DNA of 4,294 bases from a virus (Duplodnaviria; Heunggongvirae; Uroviricota; Caudoviricetes): the IMG/VR virus record IMGVR_UViG_2534681675_000010, positions 1 to 4,294 of that record; one strand, given 5' to 3'. Made by a program: the position numbers and the translations under genes. The stretch's first letter is position 1, and each line of letters starts with the position of its first letter. Below the pieces are notes generated by a model. It had not been told where the DNA came from and made no database searches. It was given only the letters and a program-made list of their open reading frames with translations. Shown here one piece after another: positions 1 through 4,294 of this stretch.

Positions 1-349
1 TTTTTTGATGACTTATTATTTATTCTTATGCAATATGCGATTTTAAGTATGTTAAGTCTTTATCGGATTGTTTATGTAAGCACGATGGTTAAATTTTATG
101 ATTCTCTGCCGTCTGACATGGATTGAATTTGCTCATTATTTGACTGGGTGAATACATCATAAAACGAAAACGGGGCAACTGCACTCGCAGGCTCTTTGTC
201 AGTGTCGCTGGTGTGTTTTGGGGCTGATAACGATGAAGACCTCTCCCGGAGGAGATTCAGACATACCTGCACAAAGCCTGAATTGAAAAGCAACAGTTAT
301 AATGTGCAGTGCGGTGGGGATGAAAAATATGTGAGCATAATCAAAAAAA

Positions 350-371
350 CTGCTGTGTTGGAGCACAGCAG
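350..371 (-). terminator. Rho-independent terminator for leftward (minus-strand) transcription
   Basis: Inverted repeat CTGCTGTG (350-357) / CACAGCAG (364-371) with 6-nt loop. On the minus strand the stem is followed directly by a 7-U run (plus-strand A-run 343-349). Lies about 150 nt downstream of the stop of the 518-730 minus-strand ORF. Confidence 0.55.
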
Positions 372-517
372 TAAAGGTACTGATAAGGGTAGAAGATTAT
401 TATTGTTATTCTTTTTTATTTTATATGACGGATGATTTCAATTCGGAATAAATACGACTAATAACTGCGACTTTTTGTAAATTCAGCAATATAAAGAAAT
501 GGTTATATGAACAGTTA

Positions 518-730
518 TCACAGAGCAGACGGTGTATCATTCTTTGTTACAGTTAACTGACGGGCACATTTTATGTCTGCTGCCAGCCTCCGGCGACAGG
601 CTTCAATAACCCATGCCGAAAAGTTGCCGGAGCCTTTATGCTCAAGGGCGATATTGATCTGCTCAATCATGTGATTGGGAAAACGGATGTTACGGGTTGT
701 TGTTTTGCTGGTTTTGTTCTTCGATGACAT
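518..730 (-). CDS. Small hypothetical protein (70 aa), possible ribbon-helix-helix DNA-binding fold; resembles DUF3950 (YlcI/YnfO-like) proteins found next to Nu1 homologs in E. coli cryptic prophages
   Basis: Minus-strand ORF with ATG start (complement of 728-730) and TGA stop (complement of 518-520). The segment RNIRFPNHMIEQINIALEH looks like an RHH beta-strand followed by a helix. The family assignment is recalled, not searched. Sits just upstream of cos on the opposite strand, with an intrinsic terminator downstream. Confidence 0.55.
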   Translation of the reverse strand: MSSKNKTSKTTTRNIRFPNHMIEQINIALEHKGSGNFSAWVIEACRRRLAADIKCARQLTVTKNDTPSAL

Positions 731-894
731 TGTCTTTTTCCATATTCACTGCAGTGTTCTGTATTGTCCAAAGATGTTTTTACTTAAATTTGATGCAGAT
801 CAATTAATGCATTGAGACCGAACTCATTATTTGTCCTCTTTCATGGTGAACTTGTCGGTTGAGATAACTTTTATTTAATTGATAATTATTATCA

Positions 895-929
895 TTTTCG
901 GGTCCTTTCTGGCGATCCGGCCTGTTACG
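895..929. other. cosQ-like region immediately upstream of cosN (prophage right-end sequence)
   Basis: GGTCCTTTCTGGCGATCCGGCCTGTTACG closely resembles the last bases of the phage lambda genome as I recall them (GGTCCTTTCCGGCGATCCGACAGGTTACG), ending in GTTACG just before the cohesive end. Confidence 0.6.
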
Positions 930-941
930 GGGCGGCGACCT
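930..941. other. cos: cosN cohesive-end site (12-nt lambda-type cohesive end GGGCGGCGACCT)
   Basis: Exact match to the lambda left cohesive end GGGCGGCGACCT, followed by CGCGGGTTTTCGCTATTTA as at the lambda left end. Small-terminase gene starts about 215 bp downstream, as in lambda. Confidence 0.88.
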
Positions 942-979
942 CGCGGGTTTTCGCTATTTACGAGTTTTTTTGAGGTGAT

Positions 980-1113
980 GGTTGTTGTTTTATCGTTTGA
1001 TATATCTACTTGATAAGTAATAAGAAAGAAAAATAAACACAACAACCTGATGATCTTTCTTATACGAAAAAGCATGTAAAATCAGAGGGTTTTACAAAAA
1101 ACGTGGTTGTTGT
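980..1113. repeat. cosB-like region with three copies of GGTTGTTGT (direct 980-988, inverted 1039-1047, direct 1105-1113); candidate R3/R2/R1 small-terminase binding sites
   Basis: The 9-mer occurs at 980-988 (+), as its reverse complement ACAACAACC at 1039-1047, and at 1105-1113 (+). Spacing is about 60 bp and orientation is direct-inverted-direct, the same as lambda R3-R2-R1, but the motif differs from lambda CGTTTCC-type R sites. Flanks extend the similarity (GGTTGTTGTTTTAT versus GGTTGTTGTGTTTAT). Confidence 0.6.
990..1015. promoter_or_regulatory. Candidate IHF-binding (I1-like) site between the first and second cosB repeats
   Basis: AT-rich segment with two partial matches to the IHF consensus WATCAANNNNTTR on the minus strand (TTGATA at 997-1002 and 1010-1015). 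Position between R3-like and R2-like repeats mirrors lambda I1. Matches are imperfect. Confidence 0.3.
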
Positions 1114-1146
1114 ATTGCTTTTTTGCCGGTGGTTTATGGAGGGGCT

Positions 1147-1624
1147 GTGGCCTTTTTATTGAATAAAAGCGACATGGCCTCCTCCATCGGTATCTCAGTA
1201 CAGGCATTTGATAAATGGGGTGTTCCTCCTGTTGAGCGCAGGGGGAGAGAGGTTTTCTATGACGTTAAAACTGTACTGGAGATAGATCGCGAGCGACGTC
1301 AACAAAACCAGAAATCTTCAGGTGGTGAAAATGATCTTGAGGAAAGGCTACTTCAGGCCAGGGTTAACCTGACGGAAGAACAGGCTATTGCTCAGCGGTT
1401 AAAAAACCAGGTTGCAGAGCATAAGGTGATTGATACAGCTTTCTCTATTTTTGCCCTGTCCCGGTTATCCGGAGAACTGGCATCTGTTTTGGACAGTATT
1501 CCGCTTTCGATGCAAAGAAAATTCCCTGAATTGACAGGCAGACAATTGGCTTATCTAAAAGAGCTGGTTGCGAAGGGGGCTAATAAATGCGTTGAGTCCG
1601 CTGAAAAAATGAAGGAATTTGCGG

Positions 1625-1653
<29 letters not shown>
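1147..1653 (+). CDS. nu1: Terminase small subunit (Nu1-like; DNA-recognition subunit), divergent from lambda Nu1
   Basis: C-terminal half clearly homologous to lambda Nu1 (DTAFSIFALSRLSGELASVLDSIPLSMQRKFPEL versus lambda ETAFCTFVLSRIAGEIASILDGLPLSVQRRFPEL). N-terminus aligns with the Nu1 winged-HTH (LNKSDMASSIGISVQAFDKWGVPPV versus VNKKQLADIFGASIRTIQNWQEQGMPV). Start is uncertain: GTG 1147 follows a GGAGGGG Shine-Dalgarno (1138-1144) and keeps the HTH helix 1, first ATG is 1174, and the ORF track begins at TTG 1123. Stop TAA 1651-1653. Confidence 0.85.

Positions 1654-4294
<2,641 letters not shown>

Noticed and set aside
96-435. Two mutually overlapping ORFs on opposite strands (96-293 minus, 65 aa; 196-435 plus, 79 aa)
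   Set aside because: Both start only with TTG, lack an in-frame ATG near the start and a ribosome-binding site, and overlap each other. The plus-strand one contains the terminator hairpin. No recognisable protein features.
806-813. 8-bp palindrome AATGCATT
   Set aside because: Too short to separate from chance in AT-rich DNA, with no flanking symmetry that would suggest an operator.
731-900. Possible sigma70 promoter for the 518-730 minus-strand gene (TGGACA ... GAATAT-like elements around 750-790)
   Set aside because: Matches to -35/-10 consensus are weak (about 5/6 and 3/6) and would leave an implausibly short leader. Cannot support a promoter call from sequence alone.
875-1075. 66-aa minus-strand ORF spanning the cos site
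   Set aside because: It runs straight across cosQ/cosN and the first cosB repeat, which are cis-acting DNA sites. The product is low-complexity (IIIIN, LFFFL), with no Shine-Dalgarno and no resemblance to known proteins. Most likely a chance ORF in AT-rich DNA.

Overview
This window is the start of the DNA-packaging and head module of a lambda-like phage or prophage. It holds a cohesive-end site (cosN GGGCGGCGACCT at 930-941) with cosQ-like sequence upstream and a cosB-like region downstream carrying three GGTTGTTGT repeats. Four overlapping, translationally coupled + strand genes follow: small terminase (Nu1-like, about 1147-1653), large terminase gpA (1625-3550), head completion protein gpW (3547-3753) and the 5' part of portal gene B (3750 to the window end). 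Upstream of cos, on the minus strand, a small ORF (518-730) looks like a ribbon-helix-helix / DUF3950-type protein and is followed by a minus-strand intrinsic terminator (350-371). The first ~500 bp are AT-rich with no convincing gene. The most notable feature is a mosaic joint inside gene A: cosB, Nu1 and the first ~30 codons of A diverge from phage lambda, while the rest of A, W and B match lambda as far as I can recall it. I found no CRISPR array, tRNA, rRNA or recognisable defence or toxin system, so I do not think this window contains a novel system. All similarity statements are from memory, not from a search.
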